From: Candidatus Micrarchaeota archaeon
GTDB taxonomy: Archaea > B1Sed10-29 > JAJRYS01
Direction: 5' to 3'
Assembly: GCA_964496415.1 (NCBI GenBank)
Contig: CAZBZN010000006.1
Location: 1-35,316, forward strand
DNA: 35,316 nucleotides
The notes under the pieces: model-generated
The model's input: the letters and a program-made list of their open reading frames with translations, nothing else
Database searches by the model: none
Told to the model about the DNA's origin: nothing
Shown: in pieces, positions 7,754 to 16,148 of the stretch
Numbering within the stretch: the stretch's first letter is position 1
Layout: every line of letters starts with the position of its first letter
Program-made: the position numbers and the translations under genes

Positions 7754-7780
7754 AATACAACTTCTACGTTTTTTATACTC

Positions 7781-8587
7781 ATGAAGAGGATGTTTTTGTT
7801 TTTGGTGGTGTTGTCATCTGTTCTGGCTAGTGCTACGTTGGTTTATCCGAAGCATGTAATCATGAATTATGGCACTTACTTGGAGGATAACAATTATTTT
7901 TTAGGCGAGTATGACTTGGGGGACGTTGCTCCAGGTCAGGTGATTGAATTAGTGTTTTCCAGGAATACTGGGCCTAATAATACTGAGAGTTCTGCATCTA
8001 TTTTTTGGGAGTCAGCTGAGGTAAAACCTTTTCCTTACTCTTTCAAATTAAACCCAAAAAATCTTACTGTTAGGGTTTCTGTTCCAGAAACATTAAGAGG
8101 CGACCAGAAGTTTAATGTTACTCTTTATGGGCATGTTGGCACTATTGCTCCTCATTTGATTACTTTTAAGGTAAAAGTAAAGGAAGATGTTTTTTCTTTT
8201 GAAGCTCCTTCAAGTCTTGAAGTTGTTCAAGGGCATACTGAGTACTTTTTCATTAAGGTAAAAAGCAGTTCAGCTGCTTCTGATACTTTGATAATAAGGA
8301 AGCTTTCTGGAATTCCTTCAAAGTGGATTGATGGCAGGGAAGTTTTTTTAGGTCCTTTTGAAGAGAAGACTTTGAAGTTTAGTCTGACGCCTAACGAGGA
8401 AGGATATTACCCTGGTGGAATTGTTGTTGAAAGAAAGTCAAGCGCGTTGCGGGATTTCTTGAAATTGGATCTTAGGGTGAAGCCTTCTTTTGACTCTAAA
8501 CTTAAAGCTTTTTCAGAAGGTTATTCAGTTATTCCAGTAGTTCTTCAGCCGTTTTATTCTCTGATGTCTCTTTTAGGATTGTTATGA
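7781..8587 (+). CDS. Secreted/surface hypothetical protein, beta-rich (Ig-like), hydrophobic C-terminus
   Basis: Signal peptide MKRMFLFLVVLSSVLASA, alternating beta pattern, N-x-T/S sequons. Confidence 0.6.
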   Translation: MKRMFLFLVVLSSVLASATLVYPKHVIMNYGTYLEDNNYFLGEYDLGDVAPGQVIELVFSRNTGPNNTESSASIFWESAEVKPFPYSFKLNPKNLTVRVSVPETLRGDQKFNVTLYGHVGTIAPHLITFKVKVKEDVFSFEAPSSLEVVQGHTEYFFIKVKSSSAASDTLIIRKLSGIPSKWIDGREVFLGPFEEKTLKFSLTPNEEGYYPGGIVVERKSSALRDFLKLDLRVKPSFDSKLKAFSEGYSVIPVVLQPFYSLMSLLGLL

Positions 8588-10143
8588 TGGATTTTTTCAC
8601 TGAAGTGATTGAGGAGCTTAAGTCTGGAAAGATAAAGACTAAGCAGGAGCTTCAGAAGGAAAAAGCAAGGCTTGCTGAAAAATATAATCTTGACTATATT
8701 CCTTCTGATGCTGATATCTTGGAGTTTCTTCCAGACGAGGATAAAGAGCTTTTTCTACGTTTGCTTCAGAAGAAGCCTTCAAGGACTTTGTCAGGGGTTG
8801 CTATTGTTTCTGTCATGACTTCTCCTGCTCCTTGCCCGCATGGAAAGTGTATTTACTGTCCAGGGGGAGTTGACATTTCAACTCCTCAGTCTTATACTGG
8901 AAGAGAACCTGCTGCGATGAGAGGCATTCAATATGAGTTTGATCCTTACGAGCAGGTGGTTAATAGGATAAGGCAGCTTGAAGCTATAGGGCATGCTACT
9001 GATAAGATTGAGTTAATCATCATGGGAGGTACTTTTCCAGCAAGAGATGAGCAATACCAGAAAGAGTTTGTTAAAGGCTGTTTTGATGCGATGAATGGCT
9101 TTAAGAGCAGGACTCTTGAAGAGGCTTTGAAGAGAAATGAATCTGCTGAGCATCGTTGTGTTGGTTTGACTGTTGAGACCAGGCCTGATTATTGTTTTGA
9201 AAAAGAGATAAAGCTAATGCTTTCTTATGGCACTACGAGAGTAGAACTTGGAGTGCAGAACCCTGATGATAAAATTTATGAAATTATAAAAAGAGGGCAC
9301 TCTGTGAAGGACGTGGTTAAGGCAACTCAACTTGCGAAAGACAGTTTTTTGAAGGTGAATTATCATTTGATGCCTGGTCTTCCTGGAAGTGATTTTGAAA
9401 AAGACTTGAGAATGTTTAGGAGAGTTTTTGAAGATGAGAGGTTCAAGCCTGACATGCTTAAGATTTATCCTTGCTTGCTTGTGAAAAAAGAATATGGTGA
9501 AGTAGGGTTGCATGAACTTTATGAGAAAGGATTGTGGAAGCCTTATGATGATGAAACTGCTGCAAGGCTTATTGCTGAAGCTAGGAGGTATTTTCCTAAG
9601 TGGGTTAGGGTCATGAGGATTCAGAGAGATATTCCTTCTCATTTGATAGAAGCTGGAGTTAAGAGCAGTAACTTGAGACAGTTAGTTGATGAAAAATCAG
9701 AAGAGTTAGGCATAAAATGCAGGTGCATTAGGTGTAGGGAAATAAGGGACAGGACTCCTAAGAGAGTAGAGTTGATGGTTGAAGAGTATAAAGCTTCTGG
9801 AGGTAAGGAGTTTTTTATTTCTTTAGAAGACCCTGTTCAGGACTTGTTGATAGGGTTTTTAAGATTAAGGTTTCCATACAGGCCTTTCATTGAACAGATT
9901 ACTTCGGATACTGCTGGTGTTAGGGAGCTTCATGTTTACGGGCCAGTTGTTAGGATTGGCAGAAGGTCTTTGGTTGGACAGCAGCATAAGGGTTATGGTA
10001 GTATGCTTTTGGAAAAAGCAGAAGAAATAGCTAAAGAGAATGGGATGCGTAAGCTTTTAGTCATTTCAGGAGTGGGAGTAAGGAATTATTATAGGAAAAA
10101 AGGTTTCATGCTTGAAGGGCCTTACATGAGCAAACTGCTTTAA
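8584..10143 (+). CDS. elp3: Elp3 tRNA uridine(34) acetyltransferase (radical SAM + KAT)
   Basis: RTLSGV, CPHGKCIYCPGG, QSYTGREP, ETRPDY, RIQRDIP, VRELHVYG, QHKGYG, VISGVGVRNYY. Confidence 0.96.
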   Translation: MMDFFTEVIEELKSGKIKTKQELQKEKARLAEKYNLDYIPSDADILEFLPDEDKELFLRLLQKKPSRTLSGVAIVSVMTSPAPCPHGKCIYCPGGVDISTPQSYTGREPAAMRGIQYEFDPYEQVVNRIRQLEAIGHATDKIELIIMGGTFPARDEQYQKEFVKGCFDAMNGFKSRTLEEALKRNESAEHRCVGLTVETRPDYCFEKEIKLMLSYGTTRVELGVQNPDDKIYEIIKRGHSVKDVVKATQLAKDSFLKVNYHLMPGLPGSDFEKDLRMFRRVFEDERFKPDMLKIYPCLLVKKEYGEVGLHELYEKGLWKPYDDETAARLIAEARRYFPKWVRVMRIQRDIPSHLIEAGVKSSNLRQLVDEKSEELGIKCRCIRCREIRDRTPKRVELMVEEYKASGGKEFFISLEDPVQDLLIGFLRLRFPYRPFIEQITSDTAGVRELHVYGPVVRIGRRSLVGQQHKGYGSMLLEKAEEIAKENGMRKLLVISGVGVRNYYRKKGFMLEGPYMSKLL

Positions 10144-10146
10144 CAG

Positions 10147-10162
10147 TTGGTTTTAAAACCAA
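10147..10162. promoter_or_regulatory. Perfect 16-bp palindrome containing a TATA box upstream of gatD
   Basis: ttggttttaaaaccaa ends about 28 nt before the gatD ATG. Confidence 0.5.
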
Positions 10163-10189
10163 TCCAAGAGTTTATAATAAGGGGTTTGA

Positions 10190-11509
10190 ATGTACTCAAA
10201 AAAAGCGCTTAAGCTGCTTGAAGGAATGAATTTTGGTGATAAGATTAAAGTAATTACTTCTAAGACAGAGTATGAAGGAATTTTAATGCCTTCTCATGAT
10301 TTTTCAGACCCAAATACCATAGTGTTAAAGCTTGATAATGGTTATAATGTAGGTGTCTTAATTGATGATGATACAAGAGTTGTGTTGGTTGAAAAGAAGA
10401 AGTCAAGAAAAGTTGAAAGAAAGCTTAGAGGGTTTTCTGAAGATAAGCCAAGGGTTTCTTTAGTTACTGTTGGGGGGACAATAACTTCAAAGGTTGATTA
10501 CGAGACTGGTGGGGTTACTTCTTTGATGAGTCCTGAAGAATTGCTTGAGTTAGTTCCTGAATTGTTTGAGAGAGTTAATATCGTTGATATTAGAAATCCT
10601 TTTAATAGGATGAGTGAAAGCATGGAGTTTGAAGATTATGAGAACTTAGTTAAGGAGGTTGAGAAAGAATTGAATAAGTCAGATGGGGTAATAGTAACTC
10701 ATGGTACTGATACTCTTCATTTCACTGCAGCTGCTTTAAGTTTTGCTTTTCACAGGTCTTCAAAACCAATAGTGCTTACTGGGGCTCAGAGAAGTTCTGA
10801 TAGGCCTTCTTCTGATGCTGCTGTGAATTTGATATGCTCTGCTATTGCTGCTTCATCTGATATTGCTGAAACCATGGTTTGCATGCATGCTACTGTTAAT
10901 GATGATTATTGTTACTTGCTTAGGGGGGCTAAGGTTAGGAAGATGCATTCAAGCAGGAGAGATGCTTTTAGACCAATAAATGATAAGCCTTTGGCAAGGG
11001 TTTTTCCTGATGGCAGGATTGAAAAAATACAAGAGACAAAGAACAGGGAAGACCGTAAGGTGAAGGCAGTTAATGGTTTTGATAAGAGGGTTGCTTTGGT
11101 CAAGGCATATCCTGGTTCTGACCCTGGCTTAATAGAGTTTTATTTGTCAAAAGGAGTGAAGGGGATAGTGGTTGAGGCAACTGGGCTTGGTCAAGTTCCT
11201 CTTCATACTGCAGAGAAAAAGTACTCTTGGCTTCCTGCAGTGAAAAAAGCAATAAAAGAAGGGGTTGTTGTTTGTTTTGCTCCTCAGACTCTTTATGGTG
11301 CTCTTAATCCTTTTGTTTATTCTGAGGCAAGAGTTTTTAAGGAAGCAGGCGTTGTTTTCTGTAAGGACATGTTGCCTGAGACTGCTTACATCAAGCTTTC
11401 TTGGTTGCTTGCTCATGAAAAGTCAACAGAGGAAGTTAAGAGAAAAATGCTGGTTAATTATGTTGGTGAGTTGAAAGAAAAACTTAATATTGATGAGTTT
11501 TTGGTTTGA
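10190..11509 (+). CDS. gatD: Glu-tRNA(Gln) amidotransferase subunit D
   Basis: KLDNGYNVG, GGTI, HGTDT, GAQRSSDRPSSD, RKMHSSRRDAF, DMLPETAY. Confidence 0.96.
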   Translation: MYSKKALKLLEGMNFGDKIKVITSKTEYEGILMPSHDFSDPNTIVLKLDNGYNVGVLIDDDTRVVLVEKKKSRKVERKLRGFSEDKPRVSLVTVGGTITSKVDYETGGVTSLMSPEELLELVPELFERVNIVDIRNPFNRMSESMEFEDYENLVKEVEKELNKSDGVIVTHGTDTLHFTAAALSFAFHRSSKPIVLTGAQRSSDRPSSDAAVNLICSAIAASSDIAETMVCMHATVNDDYCYLLRGAKVRKMHSSRRDAFRPINDKPLARVFPDGRIEKIQETKNREDRKVKAVNGFDKRVALVKAYPGSDPGLIEFYLSKGVKGIVVEATGLGQVPLHTAEKKYSWLPAVKKAIKEGVVVCFAPQTLYGALNPFVYSEARVFKEAGVVFCKDMLPETAYIKLSWLLAHEKSTEEVKRKMLVNYVGELKEKLNIDEFLV

Positions 11510-11518
11510 GGTGATTGG

Positions 11519-12052
11519 TTGATAATTGGTTTGACTGGCTTGGCAAGAGCAGGAAAAGATACAGTGGCAGCTTACTTGGTTGAGAAGTATGGCTTTAAGC
11601 ATTTGGATTTTTACAGGGACGTGTTGCTTGAAAAAGCGAAAGAGAGAGGAATAGAGTCAAAAGATAAGATGGCGATGTCTATTTTAGGTGATGAATTACG
11701 GAAAGAAGGTGGGAGAGGTATTCTTGCAAAGTTTTTAGCTGAAAAGATAGTACCTGAAAATGATTATGTTATTACTGGTTTTAGGTCTCCTGAAGAGGTT
11801 GATTTTATTAGGAATGAATTTCAGGATTTTGTGTTGGTTGAAGTGAGGGCTGGAAAGCTTAACAGGTTTTCAAGAAGAAAAGACACAGATCCTGATGACA
11901 TAAATGCTTTTTTTGAAAGAGACAAGAGGGACATTCAAAACAAGGGTCTTGGGGAAGTTCTTAGGATGGCTGACTACGTTATTGATAATGATGGTACGAT
12001 TGAAGAATTAAAGAGTAAGATTGATGAGTTGATGAAAAAGGTGATGGCTTGA
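11519..12052 (+). CDS. P-loop nucleotide kinase (dephospho-CoA-kinase-like/UPF0200)
   Basis: IIGLTGLARAGKDT Walker A, GFRSPEEV, ADYVIDNDGT; TTG start with SD GAGGTGA. Confidence 0.75.
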   Translation: MIIGLTGLARAGKDTVAAYLVEKYGFKHLDFYRDVLLEKAKERGIESKDKMAMSILGDELRKEGGRGILAKFLAEKIVPENDYVITGFRSPEEVDFIRNEFQDFVLVEVRAGKLNRFSRRKDTDPDDINAFFERDKRDIQNKGLGEVLRMADYVIDNDGTIEELKSKIDELMKKVMA

Positions 12053-13872
12053 AAGTTAGGGTCGGCCTTGAGTTTCATCAGAGGCTTGATACGCATAAGC
12101 TGTTTTGTAGTTGTTCCTCTGAACAAGGCGGGGAGAAGATAGCTGAGATTGTTAGAAGGCTTAGACCAGTTGTTGGTGAGCTTGGTGAAAGAGATCCTGC
12201 TGCTTTGCTTGAGGCTTTGAAAAGTAAAGAGTATGAGTACTTAGTATATGATGATACTTCTTGTTTGGTGGAGTGCGATGAAGAGCCTCCTCATGAGTTG
12301 AATAATGAAGCCTTGGATATTGCTTTAGAAATTGCTTTACTGCTTAATTGTGAGATAGTTGATGAGTCTCATGTGATGAGAAAAATAGTTATTGATGGTA
12401 GTAACACCACTGGTTTTCAAAGGACGATGATGATAGGGAGGAATGGGTTTATTGAAACCAAGCATGGGAGAATAAAAGTTGAAGGTGTTTTTCTTGAAGA
12501 AGAAGCAGCTGGGATTGTAGGTGAGAAAAAGAGAAGGAAGGTTTACAGACTTGACAGGCTTGGTATTCCTTTAGTAGAAATATCAACAGGGATAATGGAG
12601 TTGTCCCCTGTTCAGGTAAAAGAAGTAGCCCTTGAGCTTGGAAAGCTTTTAAGAATGACTGGGAAAGTTAAGAGAGGGATAGGGTCTATTAGGCAGGATG
12701 TTAACATCTCAATTCCTGAAGGAGCGAGGGTTGAGATTAAAGGCTTGCAGGATGTGAAGTTGTTAGATAAACTTATTGAGCTTGAAGTAATGAGGCAGGA
12801 GAACTTGCTTAAGTTAAAGCAAGAGCTTAGGAAAAACAAGGCAGTCAAGTCTGATGGGAAGTTTTTTGAAGTGACAAAGTATTTTAAGAATTCAAAAAGC
12901 AGGCTTTTTTCAGGAAAAGAAGTTTATTGTTTAGTGTTAAAGTCTTGGGCTGGGTTGCTTGGTTTTGAGCTGACTCCTGGAAGGAGGTTTGGTACTGAGC
13001 TGGCTGGAATTGCTAAGGCTTTTGGCTTGAAAGGAATAGTTCATACTGACGAGGACCTTGAAAAGTACAAAATAACTGAAGAAGTTAAAAGAATTTGTAA
13101 TGATAAAAAACTAAGCAGCAAGGATGCTTTGATATTTTTGGTTGCTGACAAGGGTACTGCTTCAAAAGTATTCCAAAAGTTAGCTGAAAGAATAAACCTT
13201 GCGTTTGAAAAAGTGCCTGAAGAGACTAGAAGAGCTCTTCCAGATGGCAACAGTGAATTCATGAGGTATTTGGCTGGAAAGCATAGAATGTATCCTGAGA
13301 CTGACCTTCCTCCGGTTTTTATTTCAAAAGCAAGACTTGATGCTCTTAGAAAGAATCTTCCTAAAAAACCAGAGGAAGTACTTAAAGAGTTGAGGGCTTT
13401 TGGCTTGAGTGAAGAACTTGCTGAAAAGCTTGTCACATCTCCAAGAAGAGCATTGTTTGAGGAGTTAGTAAAGCAAGGTGTCAATCCTAAAGTGGTTGCT
13501 GTTACTCTTGAAGAAACAATTAAGAGTCTTAGAAGAGAAGGGGTTGATGTTTCAAGAATAACTGATGACAAAATAAGAGAGCTTTTTGCTGAATTTACAA
13601 AGGGCTTGTTTTCAAAGGAAGCAATTCCGTCAATTTTGAAGAGCATTGCAGAAGCTCCTGAAAAGAAAGTAAAAGAATTAATCAAAGCAGGAAAAGTAAA
13701 CGTAAAACAGTTAGAAGAAGAAGCCTTGAAAATACTTGAACAGAACAAGCACTTAAAAGAAGACAAAAGAAAAGCATTCAAGGCAATAATGGGAGAGCTA
13801 ATGAAAAAGTACCGTGGAAAAATTGATGGGAAAATAATAGCAGAAGCAGTGAAAAAAGCAGTTGGTTTATAG
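12049..13872 (+). CDS. gatE: Glu-tRNA(Gln) amidotransferase subunit E
   Basis: GLEFHQRL, RKIVIDGSNTTGFQRT, LDRLGIPLVEI, RQDVNISI, RMYPETD. Confidence 0.96.
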   Translation: MKVRVGLEFHQRLDTHKLFCSCSSEQGGEKIAEIVRRLRPVVGELGERDPAALLEALKSKEYEYLVYDDTSCLVECDEEPPHELNNEALDIALEIALLLNCEIVDESHVMRKIVIDGSNTTGFQRTMMIGRNGFIETKHGRIKVEGVFLEEEAAGIVGEKKRRKVYRLDRLGIPLVEISTGIMELSPVQVKEVALELGKLLRMTGKVKRGIGSIRQDVNISIPEGARVEIKGLQDVKLLDKLIELEVMRQENLLKLKQELRKNKAVKSDGKFFEVTKYFKNSKSRLFSGKEVYCLVLKSWAGLLGFELTPGRRFGTELAGIAKAFGLKGIVHTDEDLEKYKITEEVKRICNDKKLSSKDALIFLVADKGTASKVFQKLAERINLAFEKVPEETRRALPDGNSEFMRYLAGKHRMYPETDLPPVFISKARLDALRKNLPKKPEEVLKELRAFGLSEELAEKLVTSPRRALFEELVKQGVNPKVVAVTLEETIKSLRREGVDVSRITDDKIRELFAEFTKGLFSKEAIPSILKSIAEAPEKKVKELIKAGKVNVKQLEEEALKILEQNKHLKEDKRKAFKAIMGELMKKYRGKIDGKIIAEAVKKAVGL

Positions 13873-14775
13873 GTTTTTCATTAACTCGCATGCTTTGCAT
13901 AGTTTTCCTGATGTTAGCTCGCCGCATTCTACGCATTCGTTTAGTTCACTTGCACTGGTTTTTGAGAAGTATTTTCTTAAGAATGGAAGCATTCTATCAA
14001 AACTTCTTAAAATACCTATTTTTACTCCAGGGTGTTTTTCTTCCATTAAGTTAATTGCTTCTCTTACAGTGCTTCTAAAAGCTTCATGAGCATAAGGGCA
14101 TTCAGCTTCACTGTATTCTATGCCTTTAAGCAAAGCATATATTACGTCTTCTTTTTCACTGCATTCTCTTAGTGGTTTTGCTCTTGGAACAAACTTTCCA
14201 TGCTTGACTAACCCGACTACAGGACCGCTTCTTGCAAGTCTTAGAAGCTCTGACCTGGTGAGGTTCATTATTATCATTTGCACTTCATCATCCAAATTGT
14301 GGCCTATTGCTAGCTTGTCGCATCTTAGTTCTCTTGCTGCTTTGTTAAGTAGAGACCTGCGTAACACACCACAGTAACTGCATGCTAATGTTTTTTTCTT
14401 AGAATGAATCTGGTCAAGGGTCATGCCGTACTCTTGTTTGAAGGAATACAAGTGCAATGGAACATCAAGTTCAGCGCAGAGTTTTTTAACATAAGGAAGA
14501 GTCTTGTCCCTGTATCCTTTAATACCTTCATCAATGGCTATGGCTGTAACATCATAATGCATTTTTTTCAAAAGGTAAAGCATTACCAGAGAATCTTTCC
14601 CACCGCTTACTCCTACACCTATTTTTTCTTTTCTTGAAAACATGTTATTCTTTTTTATCACTCTTCTTACTTTTCTCTCATAAAAGTCAATGAAGTGTTT
14701 TTCACAGAACTTCTTACCAGCATACCTTAAGTTAACAACAGCTTTTTTTCCACAATAAGAGCATTTCATTTTCAA
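13867..14775 (-). CDS. TtuA/NcsA (Ctu1-like) tRNA 2-thiouridine synthase
   Basis: N- and C-terminal Zn fingers, PP-loop SGGKDS, CSYCGVLRR, GHNLDD, CPY. Confidence 0.9.
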   Translation of the reverse strand: MKMKCSYCGKKAVVNLRYAGKKFCEKHFIDFYERKVRRVIKKNNMFSRKEKIGVGVSGGKDSLVMLYLLKKMHYDVTAIAIDEGIKGYRDKTLPYVKKLCAELDVPLHLYSFKQEYGMTLDQIHSKKKTLACSYCGVLRRSLLNKAARELRCDKLAIGHNLDDEVQMIIMNLTRSELLRLARSGPVVGLVKHGKFVPRAKPLRECSEKEDVIYALLKGIEYSEAECPYAHEAFRSTVREAINLMEEKHPGVKIGILRSFDRMLPFLRKYFSKTSASELNECVECGELTSGKLCKACELMKNL

Positions 14776-14972
14776 CCGCCGCTGATTACTGAATAAAGTT
14801 TTATTTCATCCCCGTCTTTTAGTTTTTCATCTGGCAGGACTATTTTTTTGTTTTTTGATATGACATAATCTTCTGTTCTTAGTTTTAGTTTTTGCATTAG
14901 GTCTTTCACAGTGCTTTTTTCAGGAAGTTTAATTGTTTTTTTAAAGTCTCTTGACTCTACTTTTATTTTCAT
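14772..14972 (-). CDS. Ubiquitin-like sulfur carrier (SAMP/ThiS/MoaD family)
   Basis: 66 aa, LKDGDEI, C-terminal ISGG; overlaps the ttuA start. Confidence 0.9.
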   Translation of the reverse strand: MKIKVESRDFKKTIKLPEKSTVKDLMQKLKLRTEDYVISKNKKIVLPDEKLKDGDEIKLYSVISGG

Positions 14973-15349
14973 TTTCTAACTGCCTCTCTTGCTTTTTCAA
15001 TGTCATCTGTTTCTATTCCTATTAACGCGTAGTCTTTTTCTCTGGTAATTAAGAAAATGTTTTTTACTACAGTTCCTGAGTGAAGGAGTCTTCTAGTGAT
15101 TTTTGCAAGTTCTCCTGGCTTGTCAGGAATTTTTACTGGAAGAAAGTCTTTTACAGTAACTTCAAACCCTGCTTGCTTGAAAGCTTTTTCAGCACTTACT
15201 TCATCTTCAGTGATTATGTAAAATAAGTGGCCGTTGGTTGTTTTTCCTCCGAACAAGGATATTATGTTTATTCCTCTTCTTCCTAAAGCCTCACATAGTT
15301 CTGTTATTTCTTGCTCTTTTCCTTCTCCTTTTACGATTATTTGTTTCAT
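14969..15349 (-). CDS. Tandem ACT domain protein
   Basis: LGRRGINI and VKIPDKPGELAKITRRL ACT signatures. Confidence 0.82.
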   Translation of the reverse strand: MKQIIVKGEGKEQEITELCEALGRRGINIISLFGGKTTNGHLFYIITEDEVSAEKAFKQAGFEVTVKDFLPVKIPDKPGELAKITRRLLHSGTVVKNIFLITREKDYALIGIETDDIEKAREAVRK

Positions 15350-15353
15350 TTTT

Positions 15354-16067
15354 TCACCTCACTATTTTTGATTCTTTCCAAGCAAGTTCCAAAAAGTCTT
15401 TCACATGCAATGCTATTTCAGGGTTGTTTACCCAAGCAGCAATTACAGGTATTTCAGGGGCTATTAAAACTTCTGACTCATCTGAAACAATGTCAATTCC
15501 ATGAATTTTTTCCCTTGTCCTAACTAAAGCGTATTTTTTTGCTTTTTCAACCCCTTCTGGCTGAGTAGTGATTTTTATTTTTACTTTTCTTTTCTTTGCT
15601 TCTTCAAGTTCTTTTTCCACTGGCTGTAAAAGTGACACGTCTGGAAGGTTTATTAAGAGTTCTTTTTTACATCTTTTTATCATTCCAGAGAATTGTTTTA
15701 TAACAGAATTATATCCTTTTATCCCCCAGATTAAGGTTGGTTGAATGTCTTTACCCCTGCTTTTCAGTGAAAGGTTTTTCAATAGTTCTTTTTTTGCTTT
15801 TTTTAACCCGTCGGTTATTTCTTTTTCAGCTTGATTCAGGGCTTTTTCAGGGCTTATTGCTTTAAAGATTATTGGCCTTCCTCTTTGCACTTCTGCAAAT
15901 CCTTTTTTGTTTAGTGATTCAAGCACTGAGTAAAGGTTTGACCTTGGTACTTCACAGATTTGAGATATTTCTGTAACTGTACCAGCCCCTATGCTTACTA
16001 GGGCAGAATAAGCTTTTGCTTCATACTCAGTTAATCCAAATTTTTTTAAAGCAGAAATAATATCCAT
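15354..16067 (-). CDS. TrmB family transcriptional regulator
   Basis: FGLTEYEAKAY, VPRSNLYSVLESLNKKG, GRP; C-terminal effector-binding domain. Confidence 0.92.
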   Translation of the reverse strand: MDIISALKKFGLTEYEAKAYSALVSIGAGTVTEISQICEVPRSNLYSVLESLNKKGFAEVQRGRPIIFKAISPEKALNQAEKEITDGLKKAKKELLKNLSLKSRGKDIQPTLIWGIKGYNSVIKQFSGMIKRCKKELLINLPDVSLLQPVEKELEEAKKRKVKIKITTQPEGVEKAKKYALVRTREKIHGIDIVSDESEVLIAPEIPVIAAWVNNPEIALHVKDFLELAWKESKIVR

Positions 16068-16099
16068 TGTTGTCTTTTATACAACAATATGTATTTAAA
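16066..16099. promoter_or_regulatory. Operator-like 8-7-8 inverted repeat and TATA box in the TrmB/Tes divergent region
   Basis: attgttgt-cttttat-acaacaat (16066-16088); tatttaaa (16092-16099). Confidence 0.65.
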
Positions 16100-16148
16100 C
16101 CTTGCTTTTGCCTTTTCTAATAGAAGTCTTTCTTAGCTGGTGATTTGA

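Noticed and set aside
13041..13781. Long antisense ORFs (also 21853-22449, 9214-9642, 4672-5028, 7273-7674, 32630-33004 and similar)
   Set aside because: These are shadows of well-supported genes on the opposite strand or another frame, with S/F/L-rich composition and no motifs.
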